From NCBI GenBank assembly GCA_002633005.1, contig NMRA01000035.1:186001-250000 (forward strand): a DNA stretch of 64,000 bases, in the 5' to 3' direction. The stretch is from Phoronis australis. Taxonomy: Eukaryota > Animalia > Phoronida. Position numbers and translations under genes: made by a program. Positions within the stretch are counted from its first letter, which is position 1. Every line of letters begins with the position of its first letter. The notes under the pieces are model-generated. The model was not told where the DNA came from, made no database searches, and saw only the letters and a list, made by a program, of their open reading frames with translations. This document shows positions 13,896 through 26,831 of the stretch, piece after piece.

Positions 13896-15497
13896 CACGT
13901 CACAAAGTAGTTCCTTAATAAAAATATGATCATCAGTCTAGGATTACATATCACTCTTTATTGAGATGTTCAAAATGTTAAAAACTCAGAAGGCTCCACC
14001 TCTAAAGTTGTAGGTGTATTAGCATTATGAAATTTGATGCTTTTAGAGCTGCCTCGTGTTTTTTGTGAACATCTAAGCTTGCGAGGACAGATCCCTTCAG
14101 ACTTTGTGTATGCATGTCGCACAGTCCAATATAATACACCTACGCGATGCAGTGACTCGAATTGCACACTCATTATGCAATAATTCTAGATCACATGAGT
14201 GTGTTTATGTATTTAAACCCTAAAGAGAGCTGGTTAAGTATTCAACATTGACAGCTAAACTCCCACGACGAAATGCTCCTTAATCCAGCAATCGGATCAC
14301 GGTGCTCTCCAATTCAGGACTTTGCTGAACCTTGCGTTCGATTGCTTTCACTTGTTCCACTGTATTACAATACGCAATCTGGATAAATATCTGAGTAAGC
14401 CAATTGCAATTAAAATTAAGATATTAATTAATATTGCATGTTACAGGTGACACAATCTATAGGTGAGGCGTAAAATTCTACCAAATTGCTTGGTGTATTC
14501 ATAGTGAAAAGAATCAAGGTTTTGGCTACAATTATTTATTAATAACAGTTACATATTTACAGAGATACTGCTACAATTTGTAATAGTGGCACTGCAAAAT
14601 CTCTCCGATTTTGAACAAAAACTGATTGCCAACATTGGGCTTTTATATTTTTCAAAAGTCTTTCGAGATAGTCATTATCTTTTATGGAAAAATGAAAATA
14701 AACTTTCACCTGTCCAGCACATTACGTCTTAAATAGGTGACATTTTACCTCAAATACCGACTGAATTCCATTGAGTGTCTACCAGAGTGAGATCCTTTGA
14801 TTTTCAATGATTGTACCGTTAAAAAACATGGCCACAAGATTGGAGGTCACCACAAGTGTAATACAAGTGCACTTTGGGAGATGTTATTGGAATTTTGCTT
14901 AAACTTATCAGCACTCAGGGAATCACAGTATCTAGCTGTACAAAGCTATTTCATTTTCGGAACGCAATAAACAATTGTGTCAGTGTAATTATTCTGTCGG
15001 CGTTATGAAAGAAAAAGAGCTTTGAAATTAGTTTTTATCCCGACCATTGATGTCAGACATAACTTTAGGCCTTCTTTATGAATGCAGATCATTGATCAAC
15101 GGGGAATTGTATAAGAAACAGCGGAACGTGATCCAAAACGATAATCTTGTCGAGAATATAGATCAACTTTTTTTAACGGAAGCGTTGCTAACATTGTTTA
15201 GTACTCTGCGGTAATTTGACAATTGCGTCGTGAGGACAGTTAGTGACAGTTGAGGTTACTTATAGCCTGAAACCCTATTGGATCTCCTGTGAGAGCCAGT
15301 TAAGAGTAGCGTAGTTTCATACTGGAGTTCAGCTGAGTGCCAGTTAACAGACTGAATCAACAGACAGCCAGGCAAAACATGTTTTCCTCAAACTGTCAGC
15401 AACATCAGAAAGGACTCTCAAATCCGACGTCGCCTATTTTGCCATTATAAAACGCTCAGAACAATGTTGGCAAATAAGTGTTCAATTAACTACTTAC

Positions 15498-15609
15498 ATC
15501 CACTTCGCCAACATCAAGAACGTAAAAGTTGTCTCCCCTCTCATCTCCCTGCTGAATAATTATTTCCCCTGCGTGTTTGTGGACAGGAAACATGGCGTCA
15601 AATATGTCG
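15498..15609 (-). CDS. PRKAR1: PKA RI exon, CNB-A beta1-beta4 (human exons 5+6 as one exon)
   Basis: TTTTTCTAG|CGAC...GTGGAT|GTAAGT, 112 nt. Encodes [37 protein letters not shown]. Confidence 0.96.
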
Positions 15610-16679
15610 CTAGAAAAAGAAAGATGATCAAAAATGAAAGTCAAGCAGACGAGTAGAGCCAAGTACTCCTCTGAGATAAAAACGCATAATTTCAAATAAA
15701 CCATAGAAGACATAAAAATTAATCTCGGGAAAGGCATAGTAAGATAGCAATTCAGGGAGCTGTAAGTCTTCAACCTAAACCGGTGACTGTAACATCTTAT
15801 ACAGCTGCTTACGCACCATATCCTTGGTGTAGTACATGCCAAAAGTATTCTGACAAAATGACCTGGAATTCCCCGCCGTGACGCCTGGGTGGCAGCTGAA
15901 TTCACCGTCGGATTAGTCTTTCCTAATGACTGAGAATGAAGAGGAATTTACAGGTGCTAGTAAGGTTGCTAAAGCATTTTGTAATTAGAATTTTGTACCC
16001 AAATAGATAATAGCAGTCATTTACTTTTTTGCTGTCATCAGAATTAGCTGTCATGAGGGCAAAACAGTATTTTGTTGGATTACTTTTGTCTTGCACTGTA
16101 TGTCCCCACATTACTGAGTCACAAATGGTAAGCAGCTAGGTGAGCAACCTCTCAAAATCTTATGGAAACCAACGTTTGACTGTGAATAGTTTCTATATTT
16201 TACATTTAATGGAATCGTGTGGTATACCATCTGAAAGCTCAGTTATTCTTCTTTCGAACCATACCATTGCCAACAGAACAGATTTTAGAATTTAAAAAAT
16301 CTGTTGTCAAACAGTACTAGGTGTGAAAGCAAAAGTTGCAAATTTGGTCTTTGCTGATCAAGTATTGTTAACAACAGTGATCATCTCCTGTACCACGTGA
16401 AAAAATCTTGTCAACTAACTTAAGACACTTTCGCACTTTACTTGAAGAACTGCTACCAATTTGTCGATGATTGCAATCGGACATTTACTAACACAGTTAT
16501 CAACAGAATGGATAGTGATCTTCAAGCATTCACATGCCTCCTTCGCAAAGGTCTACTATAGATAAGCACGTTTATGCGATGCTGACTCAACCAAGCTAAT
16601 CGGCACACATGCAGTGCACGAGTCAACCACCAACGGTTCTTGACAAACAACAGGATCAATTGCATGACCAAATTTCGTA

Positions 16680-17060
16680 TAATATCGATGTTCAAGATTA
16701 AATCTCAAAACCGCTGTTACAGTTTCCTAAATTATCATTTTGTTTTCATTTGGTGTAACTTCAAAGTTTTTTTCACATAAGTCCCGTTATTTGATAGTTC
16801 CTCGTACAAAAGTGAAAGATTTGAATAACAATTCCTAACAACGCTTTGAAGATCAGCGCATAAAGCGTAAGAGCTGAAAGTTTCAGCTTAATCCGTTAAC
16901 CCACTTCTCAGTTAGGTTGTTCCGAAGTTGGCCAAAATTGAACATGTTGCTAGGATCCTAAATAACCTTAAAGCAACACATTCTATAAATAAGGTTATGT
17001 AAGACCCAAGAAAAGCATCCAAATATGGCTAACTTCGGAGCATCACATCTCAGATTCAAA
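16680..17060. repeat. Dispersed long-TIR repeat family copy
   Basis: 16770-17060 is reverse-complementary to ~19390-19690, and 16680-16870 is directly similar to ~19150-19380. Confidence 0.65.
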
Positions 17061-17413
17061 CGAAACTTTCACACACCATACTTTCAGACCTGTGTACCAT
17101 ATGCAAAAAATGCTAATTCGTATGAAAATTTGGCTTGTAGTACCTAAGACCAGGCAAAAATAGGGAAATTCGCGTGCACACCTAGAAGCAGCAATACTGG
17201 TTAACGAATCGTCTTGGGGCTGCAAAGCAAGTCATCCAAAAATTGGCGGCAGTCTAGCGCTCTCATTAACACAGATGCTGAATTCCCAGAACATTCATCA
17301 AGCACTTTGGTACCGTAGATACCACGGTGGACGCCAAAAATTATTATTGCCACTACAATAAGCAGCACTAGTATCAATTGTCTGAAAATTAGACGATGCT
17401 GTGAATGACCTAC

Positions 17414-17505
17414 CTCCGCTCATTGTCATCTAAGTGGGAGAACAACACGTTCTTTTCTATTGACTTGGACAGGGCTGACATAGTCTTGTAGTCCTTTGGT
17501 ATAAC
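17414..17505 (-). CDS. PRKAR1: PKA RI exon, start of CNB-A helical region
   Basis: TTGCAG|GTT...CGGAG|GTAGGT, 92 nt (same as human exon 4). Encodes [30 protein letters not shown](S). Confidence 0.97.
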
Positions 17506-19149
17506 CTGCAAGAAGCATTATTATCTGTTAAAGGGACACGCCTCGACGTTTTCAAGCTTTATGAATGAATAAGAAAGTACGACTTGTAACGAGATCCAAA
17601 GCACTTGCCAACAACCTTCCTTTACTATCACTTTAGTACACTACTATCTTACAAGTTGTTGACTTCGCACACAGACTAACTGGAGACAATATCATACAAG
17701 AGCCATTTTGATGAACGCATGACACTGTTTGGCTAACATATAGACTTTAATGTAATTGACAAAGGGGAAATAGCTGGATTGTAGTGACAGTTACCGTAGC
17801 TGTGTGCATCTCACATTCACTAACAAATTGATTATGAGGTGTTGCGTTGGGCAGAGGTTTATCTATCACGTATGCGACTTTTCAAATCATAATTTAAGGA
17901 CGTTTAACATTGGGCCCATCCCCTCAAAGGCGACCTTAAGCAGATTTTTTGTGTTATTTTAGATGTTTCTGGTTTCCCAGAACGATCCATCAATACTTTA
18001 GCAACATGCAAAACACAATTCATTCACTCAAAAAACGGGTTCGTTAAAGGAGATGTGAAGTAGCCTTTTCGCGCACTGCAGAGCAGATGATGTGGACTAT
18101 AAAAAATTGTCCAACTGAACTCAACAATCCAAACTGTTCTAACATACTGTAAAACAGTAATTTAAACAATAGTCTTCAATGGTACATAGGGGGATATATC
18201 ATATACATCATAACCCCCTGTGCAAGCTTGCAGAGATGATAAATGTTTTACATGATTTCAAACCATTAACCGAAAGTATCGCCAGTGCTTCCAGGAAAAA
18301 TCAATCTTAATGTCACATTAACAATTTTCATTTCAGATAAAAAGGGATTTTAGACGTCAGCTCGATGACCACTTTATCAAAATGCTTCAGAGCTATTATT
18401 AAAGTAAATTTTAATTTTCAAACACTTAATATGATGAATTCAAAACGTTTAGGCTAAAGATGACAACCTTCAAAATATTTCCAACAAAGACTACAATATT
18501 ACAGAAGAGGTATTAAGGAAGCCACAGCAAACTGAGAATGTGAGCAAACACTTGCCCTGTGTATGATGAGCGAGGCCGATAAACTTACAAAAAGTCTTTG
18601 GAATAGGTATGAACAAATACATGTAAACTATGACACATACTGATCAAGCTTTCAGAAGTCTTATTATCAAATGAAAACAAGTTTGAGCTGGCCATGCCAA
18701 AAATGAGTTTCACACCAATGGTGGAAAGATTTTCTTAGTTTCACTTCCAAACTTGATTTTTCCCCGAAAAGCTCTTTTAATAATATCACAACCTGTGACT
18801 GGAAACACAGAACTATCCGCTGATATCATTCCCAGATAAGTCAGTCAGTACCAGAACTGGCTTAATAACAGAAATTCAGGAGACTCTGTGCATCGATTTT
18901 GGGGCGTAACATCAGTCTCCTTCCTATCAGAAAACATCTAAAAACCAGGCAAAATTTCCAACACCTGGTAGGAAAATAACCCACAATTTACAAAAGTTCC
19001 TCTCGAATACAGTGAAAGTGCTTTGAAAGTAGCAAGCCAGTAGAATTTGAATTTTGACTTTTTTACAATCTGCCATTAATTTGGTTACGTGACCATGTAT
19101 TTTTGGGTAAAATTCAGACAAAAGAGAAAGGTACATTGACAGAAAAACA

Positions 19150-19790
19150 AAGGTATCAATAATACGACCAATTCTATTTGATACAAATTTTGAAATCTCA
19201 AAAATGCTGTTGTTGTACTTCTCTAAAGTATTTTGTTTTCGCTTTATGCGACTAGTTTTTTATGAAAATCATATATCTAATAGTTCTCTATTTTGATAGC
19301 CTCTCACGCAATAGTGGAAAATTTTAAAATCAATTTGTAACCACATTTTGGAGAACACTGTCTAAAAGCACAGAGCGTATAAGTCTCCTAGGAATCTTAG
19401 ATACGATGTTCAGAAATTAGCCAAATTTGGACCCTTTTCTGGGCTTCTGCATAGCCTCAAGAGTCGTCTAACTCTTGGAATGTGTTGCTTTAAGGTTATG
19501 CAGGACCCTGGGAAAATGTTCAATTTTGGCTAACTTGGGCAACACATCTCAGAAGTGGCAGAAGTCCCATAAAACTTCCAAATCTTACGATTTTCTTAAC
19601 GCTTATGCTGTTCTCAAAATACTGTTATGAATTGTTTTTTAAATCTTGCACTATCAAATAACAGGACTTTTATGATTTTTGTGAAAAATAATCAATAGTT
19701 TAAATTCTATGGAATGGCTGTTTTCAGAAAATACATACTTTAAATTCTAATTTCGTAGATGTCATTTAGCTAACGGTGCATATTTGTCAA
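19150..19790. repeat. Foldback-type repeat, same family as 16680-17060, internal part inverted
   Basis: GAATGTGTTGCTTTAAGGTTATGCAGGACCCTGGGAAAATGTTCAATTTTGGC matches the reverse complement of 16925-16983. Confidence 0.65.
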
Positions 19791-21859
19791 TAACGGCCTA
19801 TATAACCTCAAATCAGTTGAGGCACTGGTCTCCGCTTTACAAACCCTTCCTTTGGAGTGTTCAGCCTAAGGAGCATAGCATTACAGTCAACATATATGAA
19901 ATGAAGAGCACTCAAAAATCTGCCATGCTCAAGGAAGTAAACCGTTTATGGACTGAATAGGGCTCATAAATAACTAAGCTACTTCAATTATTTTACTGCA
20001 CCATTTATTACCTCTGGGGACTTTTTGTAATGCATTGCACTGAATAAAAGCAATATTCAGAGATGCATGTGACTCAGTTGTCCTCGTTTGTGTTGACATC
20101 AAAACATGTTCACTCTCTGAATTGATTATTGCGACTATAAACAAAGGCATCTTACATCTGGACAAGTGAGTCCTTTGAAGTAAGTGGTCTGCTTCAAAAG
20201 AGCTAGAGAAAAGCCAGCAAAACGCTAACAGAAGTGGCAGGGTGTTTGTGATGCAGGAAAGTGCTAGTAAAAGCGCTACTGTATTAGCCAGTATGGACGG
20301 GTAACTACTCTTATGGTCATTGTATCTTACCTTATGTTTTTGGGAACAAATGGTTATTGGAAATAAATCTGACAAATAAGTTTTTAACCTGAAAATCATG
20401 ACATTTATGTCAGAGATAACAATAGGTCAAACGACCTGGAACAAAATGTACTAGACAGATTTTCCATATCAAAAATACATCAACTACAAGGCATGATCCA
20501 TTAATTTAAACGAAAACTCCATATCGTGACATTATGTTGATCAGCGAAAACAGTTTTCTACAGAAACTGATTTGCGTATACAGTGGGTATGTATAGCAAT
20601 GTCTCACAAATTTCAGACACAATATGGCAGACGCGTGAAATTTTATTTTTTCATAAATGTACATTGCATCAAATTAATGTTCAAATTCTTCACCATAACT
20701 ACCGTCAAGAAATATTTTAAAAAACTGAGGGCAATCACGATGTTAAAAGACCTTGAAAAAAGAAGAAAGGGGGTAATTCTGGCCATTATTTTTGCCCAAA
20801 ATTGGTGAAATTTTACTGTAGCACCAGTCCAATAAACACGGCCTGCAAAAACTTAGAACAGTCAAGATATACAACATAAAGTTCAGTGTTCCCCCAGGAT
20901 TTGCTTTAACATGTCGCTGAGACCTACTTGTCGGCACTCGCGACATGTTTGAATGGCCCTAACACGGTTAGGTTTTCAGGTGTGGAGCATTCTGCACATG
21001 TAAAGCTTGTTGTTAAATTGCCATCAGTTTTTAATGATAATTTTCTTTCTGCGCTGCTAAACGACACTACCAAGCCAGGGAAATGTGCACTTACGACAGC
21101 GCAACCGCAAGAACTTTTGCACTATGGAGAGCCTCAGCCACCACTAACTTCCATTTGCTGACATCTGCACGTTCCTGACACATATTCAGCTGTGGAGAAA
21201 ACTGTTCTTACCATACCGACATTTGAGTCAAACTCATGTTGAATTTACATACAGTATCCGTCTGTTATGACGTGGCTCAAAAGCTACTATTCAACGGATG
21301 CAATTTGCAAATTAAAAAAGCGATCGAATCTTAATCCAACCATGCATTTGTTTGCATCATTTAAAGCCAGTGAAGCGTTGAAATTGATGCAGGACTAATG
21401 GATCTTCAAGGCCATTCTAGAATAAGTATAGGTTGTTATATTAAGTCTGTCATGGCTTCTCAATTTAATCACTACCTATGTATCTTATGCAAAAGTCCAT
21501 CAAAGAATTCAATACCGGTAGTATCGTAGTATCGTTTTGTATTTACACAATATACATGTAAATAATAAACACTACACAAGACGTCTTGAGCACTTTTTGC
21601 GTTTACTACACAGCAGTAAATACAGAGGCAAAATAGTTTAGATTTTATAACTTAATTAGCAGAAGTAACGGCATGGCTTTCCACCAGAAGCTGACATGCC
21701 ACTGGCAGTTATGGTAAAAGAATAAAGCAATAGGCAAATCCTTCTTCAAAGCTGACAGGAGTTTTAGATAATTAAAATTAACTGATTAGGTTTCCTAATT
21801 TGCTAATCTGTCTTGAGGTGGTGACGTACTAATAGCATGTCTAAAATCTCTTGGTTTAC

Positions 21860-22050
21860 AGTAATTAACACAATTTTCCAGACATGATGTTTCAGTTGGT
21901 CCTTTTTTCGGCCATCTTCAGCTGCTACAGCATTAGAAGAATAAGCACAGGTATGTAGTACACGCATGGTAGGCACTTGGATTATATATTTCCAGGTAGA
22001 GGTGTTGGGGGGAGGGGTGGCAGTCTAACATTCTTGCCACTAGGCCACAA
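21860..22050 (-). mobile_element. Second, more decayed copy of the same SINE in opposite orientation
   Basis: Reverse complement reads TGGCCTAGTGG...AAGTGCCTACCATGCGTGTAC...GCTGTAGCAGCTGAAGATGGCCG, colinear with the 22087 copy. Confidence 0.7.
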
Positions 22051-22086
22051 TGTCATGTTTGACTTAGTCTTGGATGCCTCGATCAA

Positions 22087-22320
22087 GGATGGTTCAGTGG
22101 CCTAGTGGTGAGAGTGTTGAACCGACAATCAAAAGGTTCCAGGTTCAAACCCAGCTGTCTACCCGTAAAAATATGATCGAAGTGCCTACCATGAGTGTAC
22201 CTGAAATACCCGTGCTCATTTTCTAAGAATGCTGTAGTGCCTGAAGATGGCCGTGGATATGACCAGCCAAAACGTCCAGCTAAATTGGCTAGAGGTTAAA
22301 TTGTAAATATTACGACAAGA
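22087..22320 (+). mobile_element. tRNA-derived SINE (allelic copy at ~27979-28215)
   Basis: Pol III A box TGGCCTAGTGG and B box GGTTCAAACCC at tRNA-like spacing, followed by a body also present in inverted orientation at 21860-22050. Confidence 0.7.
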
Positions 22321-23131
22321 TGTAATCCTGTTTTAGTGTTACTTAGTTGTGATTGGATTTCCTGAACGGTTTTGGTCGATTGCCAAGTTAAAAGTGGAAC
22401 GCACTAATAAAGCAGCTCTTGATGCACAACAAAACCTCTAGTCCATATTCAGTTCTGATCCAGTGGCGCTCAGCTTAACACCCAATGTGTAAGGTGGTAA
22501 GTTTGTAATCTGTCACCATCAATTTAAATGTGAATGGGCTGCCCAAGGCATAAACCCACCCGTATGGAAATCAGTAGTCTGACTCCTAAACTATTAGAAA
22601 GACTGATGATTTGATCTAATCCAATCTAATCTAACAAAAACCTTTTTGCCAATTCTTTTGCTGATGTTAATTTGCATAATTAGATAGAAGTGAAAACCAC
22701 GGCGGCAGCGCACGTGTTCCGTATGTTCTGGACGACTATCACATTGAAGATGTCGATATGCAAAGACCAACTGTTGCAAAATTAGGGAGCGGGCAGCCAA
22801 GTGCCTCAGGTCTGTGACTAAACCAATAGTCGGATAATCATGTGTACTCAGCTCATCTGGATATTGAACAGCTTTCATGTTAAACCAGTCATTAACTTAA
22901 TATGATCAAACATCCAAGGGCACAAAAACACATGCCAGTGCAGCTAAGGTTTAATCTTTGCAAAATTTCTAATGAACACATAACCAACATGGGGGTAATT
23001 GCCGTCTTTGTTTTCAAGTTTCAGTTGAACACTACCTCACATGGTCAGTAAATCAGCTCACTTTGAGTGGACAGGAAAGCCAATGTTATGGTCTTAATTA
23101 TTACCCATCCAACAGAGCACTGGATATCTTG

Positions 23132-23753
23132 TGGTGCTTTCCCATTAGGGGATCTTCGCTTTACAGAGGCTTTGCCAAAACTTCGCTTACGTTTCAAGAC
23201 TAGACAGCGATATCGAAGTTATAGCTAGATGGTGATACAGTCGTCGGAGTAGACACCAGATGGCACAGTTCATTCGTACTCTCACACGAATATTGAGTAA
23301 TGGGTTCGAGGCTAACTGAAAATCTTCCTCTCGCCATTTACCTTACAAGTGTTTACGAAAATGATCAGGGTCATTCTTCATCAGATGAGCTTTCTCTTAT
23401 TTATTTAGGTGTGTCTATTGAGAGCACATTGGCTATGTTACATTCTGAACGAACTGGAGTGTACCAAAGGTAAACTAACTCTTCAAAAACAAAGAACACG
23501 TTTTGTGGGATATCTCATTGAGTCTCGCGTGACCGTACGTCATTGCCGCGACCTCAACCGATAACTTCGACGAAGCTTCACTCTGACTATTCCCACTACA
23601 CCGAATTTTCATTGAGTACCGAAGCTTCGCTTTTAAATCCTACTATTTTAGCGAAGTTATGCTTGCACTTTAATTACACGAGTTAACCTTTCCCGGGCCC
23701 ACTTGCCGATCCGATCCAGTAAAAGCAGTTTTGCCTCTAATGGGAAAGCACCA
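23132..23753. mobile_element. ~620-bp MITE, PIF/Harbinger-like TIRs (allelic copy 29025-29646)
   Basis: Perfect TIRs TGGTGCTTTCCCATTAG / CTAATGGGAAAGCACCA. No coding capacity. Confidence 0.75.
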
Positions 23754-26592
23754 TTAGACAAATGACAAATGACCAGTCAAAGAAAAGCCCATCAGAATAA
23801 TGGATGGTAAATCATATTGCCTGTCAGAGTTAGACTCCCACTGCAATGACTGAGTGGCTTAGATATAAAATGATGACACCCATTCTGTGCCCACCCCAGT
23901 TGCTGTGTAAAGTGCAGTGACCCGTTCTTTTTAAGTAACATTCCAAACTCACATGAGGCAATATAATACCTTTTTATCACATTTATGGAGAATGTCTGTC
24001 GGATTGTTAAAACACGATTTCTTTGACACTCTGAGAGATATTCTTAAACTTTTAACAGACTTTTGTTGGCACAAAACAAGATGTTGATTTTTATTTAACG
24101 TCAAAAATTTTTGTATTTCATGGCATGATGATAGATTTTTCAACAAAAAGGAGTTCTACTTCATTGTTCTGCTGTCTTGTATTACTCAGATGTCAGCAAA
24201 TAATACTCAAAAACATTTGACCTTTGGAGAAACATTTGACCTTTGGTAAAACGACAAAACATCAATTTCGCAATTCTTTTGTCAATAACAAGAGTTTTTA
24301 AGTCTCTTCCTCAAATATAAACAAATATACTCAACAACGATCTTCCTTTATTAAACAAAATGCAATTTATTACCAACCGACCTCATATTTTCCAATGGTG
24401 GAATGGGAAATTCGCCAGCAACCAAAACTTCGCCAAACCTCAGATTTAGCCTACTTTCACTTTAAAAAGAAAATCAACAACTCTTTAGTTTGAAAATTTA
24501 ATGTATAACAAGGGTTATTGCGGTTTGATGTTTCATAGGTGCAAAATGATAAGGCAACTAAACGTTATCGATTTGGACCAGGCGTGAGTTACGTGACACG
24601 CAGTCATGACCCATTGACATCCCAAGCTACATTTTAGCACCTTTGCCTGCCGACGAGCGTCCGGTAAATGGACTGAATGTGCACCAGTCAGATAGAACCA
24701 GCAGAGATGAACTGATACAAAATGCATAATTTTTGATGACATGAGCTTTAAGGTGTATTACAAGAGGAAGTCCCTGTAGTGTCCACTTACACTTACTGAC
24801 ACCAACAGTGGTAATGGATGTGTTATAATTAGAAGCCTTTCTGCAAAATTACGTAACAACACATAAGAAATGAGATGGCTGTTTTACATACTATGTATTA
24901 AATATCTGTAACACACTAATAAAGTCCAAAGTAGGATGTGATTTAGTTGCAAAATTTTTAACAACGTTTACAAGCCTGACGATAATTCAGTGACCGTATC
25001 AGGACAGAAATAATGTTGTTAGCATCAAAAGAAAAGTACTGAATGAAAACTATTAATTATTTTACACATAACTAGCCCTAATGAAACAAAAGGAACTTCA
25101 TGTCAGACTTCCTTCATATACAGAAATTAATCAGGAAATGAAACTGCCTATAGCAACAGAGCTCATAGTGACGGCAAGGAAACAGTTTACAGTTCTCAGA
25201 TTACTAATAAAACATTACGACAAATCTATTAGTCGTGATCATTTTAACAATAACCTCATGATGAAAATAAACGGTCTTTCTTTGGAAGAAAACCATTACA
25301 CATACAACGAATCAAACTCATTTAAAGACCAATAGTGCCGTTTAATATTTGTAAGAGTTTTAACTGCTCAACAGTGTGCAAAAAGGTTTGTGAAATTATT
25401 TGCTAGTACAAATATTTGTCTATTGCTCGAAAATATTCCAATTTTAAAAATGTTGACTGGAGAAACTAGTATTATTGCTTTTTTTTCAAAGCCAATTTTG
25501 ATTCAAAATCAAACACCATACTGTCTATAATATTACATCTAATACTAGTAACAAAGTGTTTTCATAAAAAAATTGAAATGAAAGATAATGGTAAGTCTAC
25601 TTTATGAGAAAACGGTATTGATAAATTTATGCAGACCAGTATTGTCTTAAAGACACGTCAGTTTGGTTATAGACAAGAAAACAAAGAGTTTTGATTTACC
25701 AGTCAAAAAAATAAATATAAGTTTTGAATTGTATTTTGATACCACTAAAATACTCCATATAAGTGTCTAAGTGTAAAAAAGTAATGCCGCATTTTACTCA
25801 ATTCCTTAAGATATTGGAGAGAATTTTACATCTAAGTCAGCATTTCGTTAAACAACAGTACTTTAGATGAATACCAGGTACTCTGGAGAAAGTGGTTAAA
25901 CATAACCGTTTTCCAGACCATTCTCAATGCCATGAAGACAGGGAGGTGTGCGCGGGAGGTGTGCGCGGGGGTGTGCTCGGGGGTGTTTTTTGTGTGTGAA
26001 TGTGTTGTTCTTGTGTTCCTAGTTTCTGTATAGGTATATGATGAGACTTGTACACATGAAATATGTGTAAAAAGTGAGAGAAAAACAGTACTACAAAAGA
26101 ATATGCTAAGATTCATGGAGCAACCAACTGAGCATTTATAAGTATCATACTCAAGACAGCCTATAATGACTATGGTCAGCGGAAATACAATGTTTAGTGG
26201 TTACTAAATACAAAACAACATAGCTTGTCTGTCATGCAACTTTTGATCAGTCTGACGCCGCACATGATGATTGCCGTTGAATTTGAACACAAACAGGAGG
26301 TATTGCTAGCTGTGAATGAATAATGAATCATAATTCCAATATTAAGATTGCTTCCTCACATTAAAACAGAGAAAAACTCTTCAATCGACTTAAGGCGGTC
26401 ATTAATTGAAGAAAGCACGCACAGAACTGGATCGGTCTAATCTATAAGAATAAATCAGCTAATTTACCAGTTTGAGTGTCGTTCCTTTAACCATCAGTTT
26501 GGGAAAATACTGTACATATATATGTAATGTATATGTATATATATATATATATATATGTAATGTATATGCATATGCATATGTATATATATATA

Positions 26593-26831
26593 CCGTATTC
26601 GCCGTAATAACCGCCCAGGGCGCTTAGAAAAGTTCGGTTTAAGGGGGGCGCTTATTATAACCCAAGGCGGTTGAAACCCGGTCTCCGAAACGGGTGAAAT
26701 CGGAAGCTAAGATTCATCAAATTTACGTTCTTTGACGTATCTGTAATCTATGAAAGACTTCCAACAAAACTGTGGTGCATTGCTATCAAACTTAGCTGCT
26801 AAATTACGATCATTTTACAGAAAATCGTGCT
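26593..26831. mobile_element. End of a pogo-like TIR element inserted in a (TA)n tract; runs into the gap
   Basis: Begins TA|CCGTATTCGCCGTAATAA. Colinear with the reverse complement of ~50870-51094 (e.g. TGCATTGCTATCAAACTT). Confidence 0.8.

Noticed and set aside
20884-21204. hAT-like MITE (CAGTGTTCCCCCAG...CTGTGGAGAAAACTG)
   Set aside because: The TIR match is imperfect and no 8-bp TSD is visible, so it is too weak to call.
22087-22160. Possible tRNA gene
   Set aside because: A/B boxes are present, but the acceptor and anticodon stems do not pair well and the sequence continues into a repeated SINE body.
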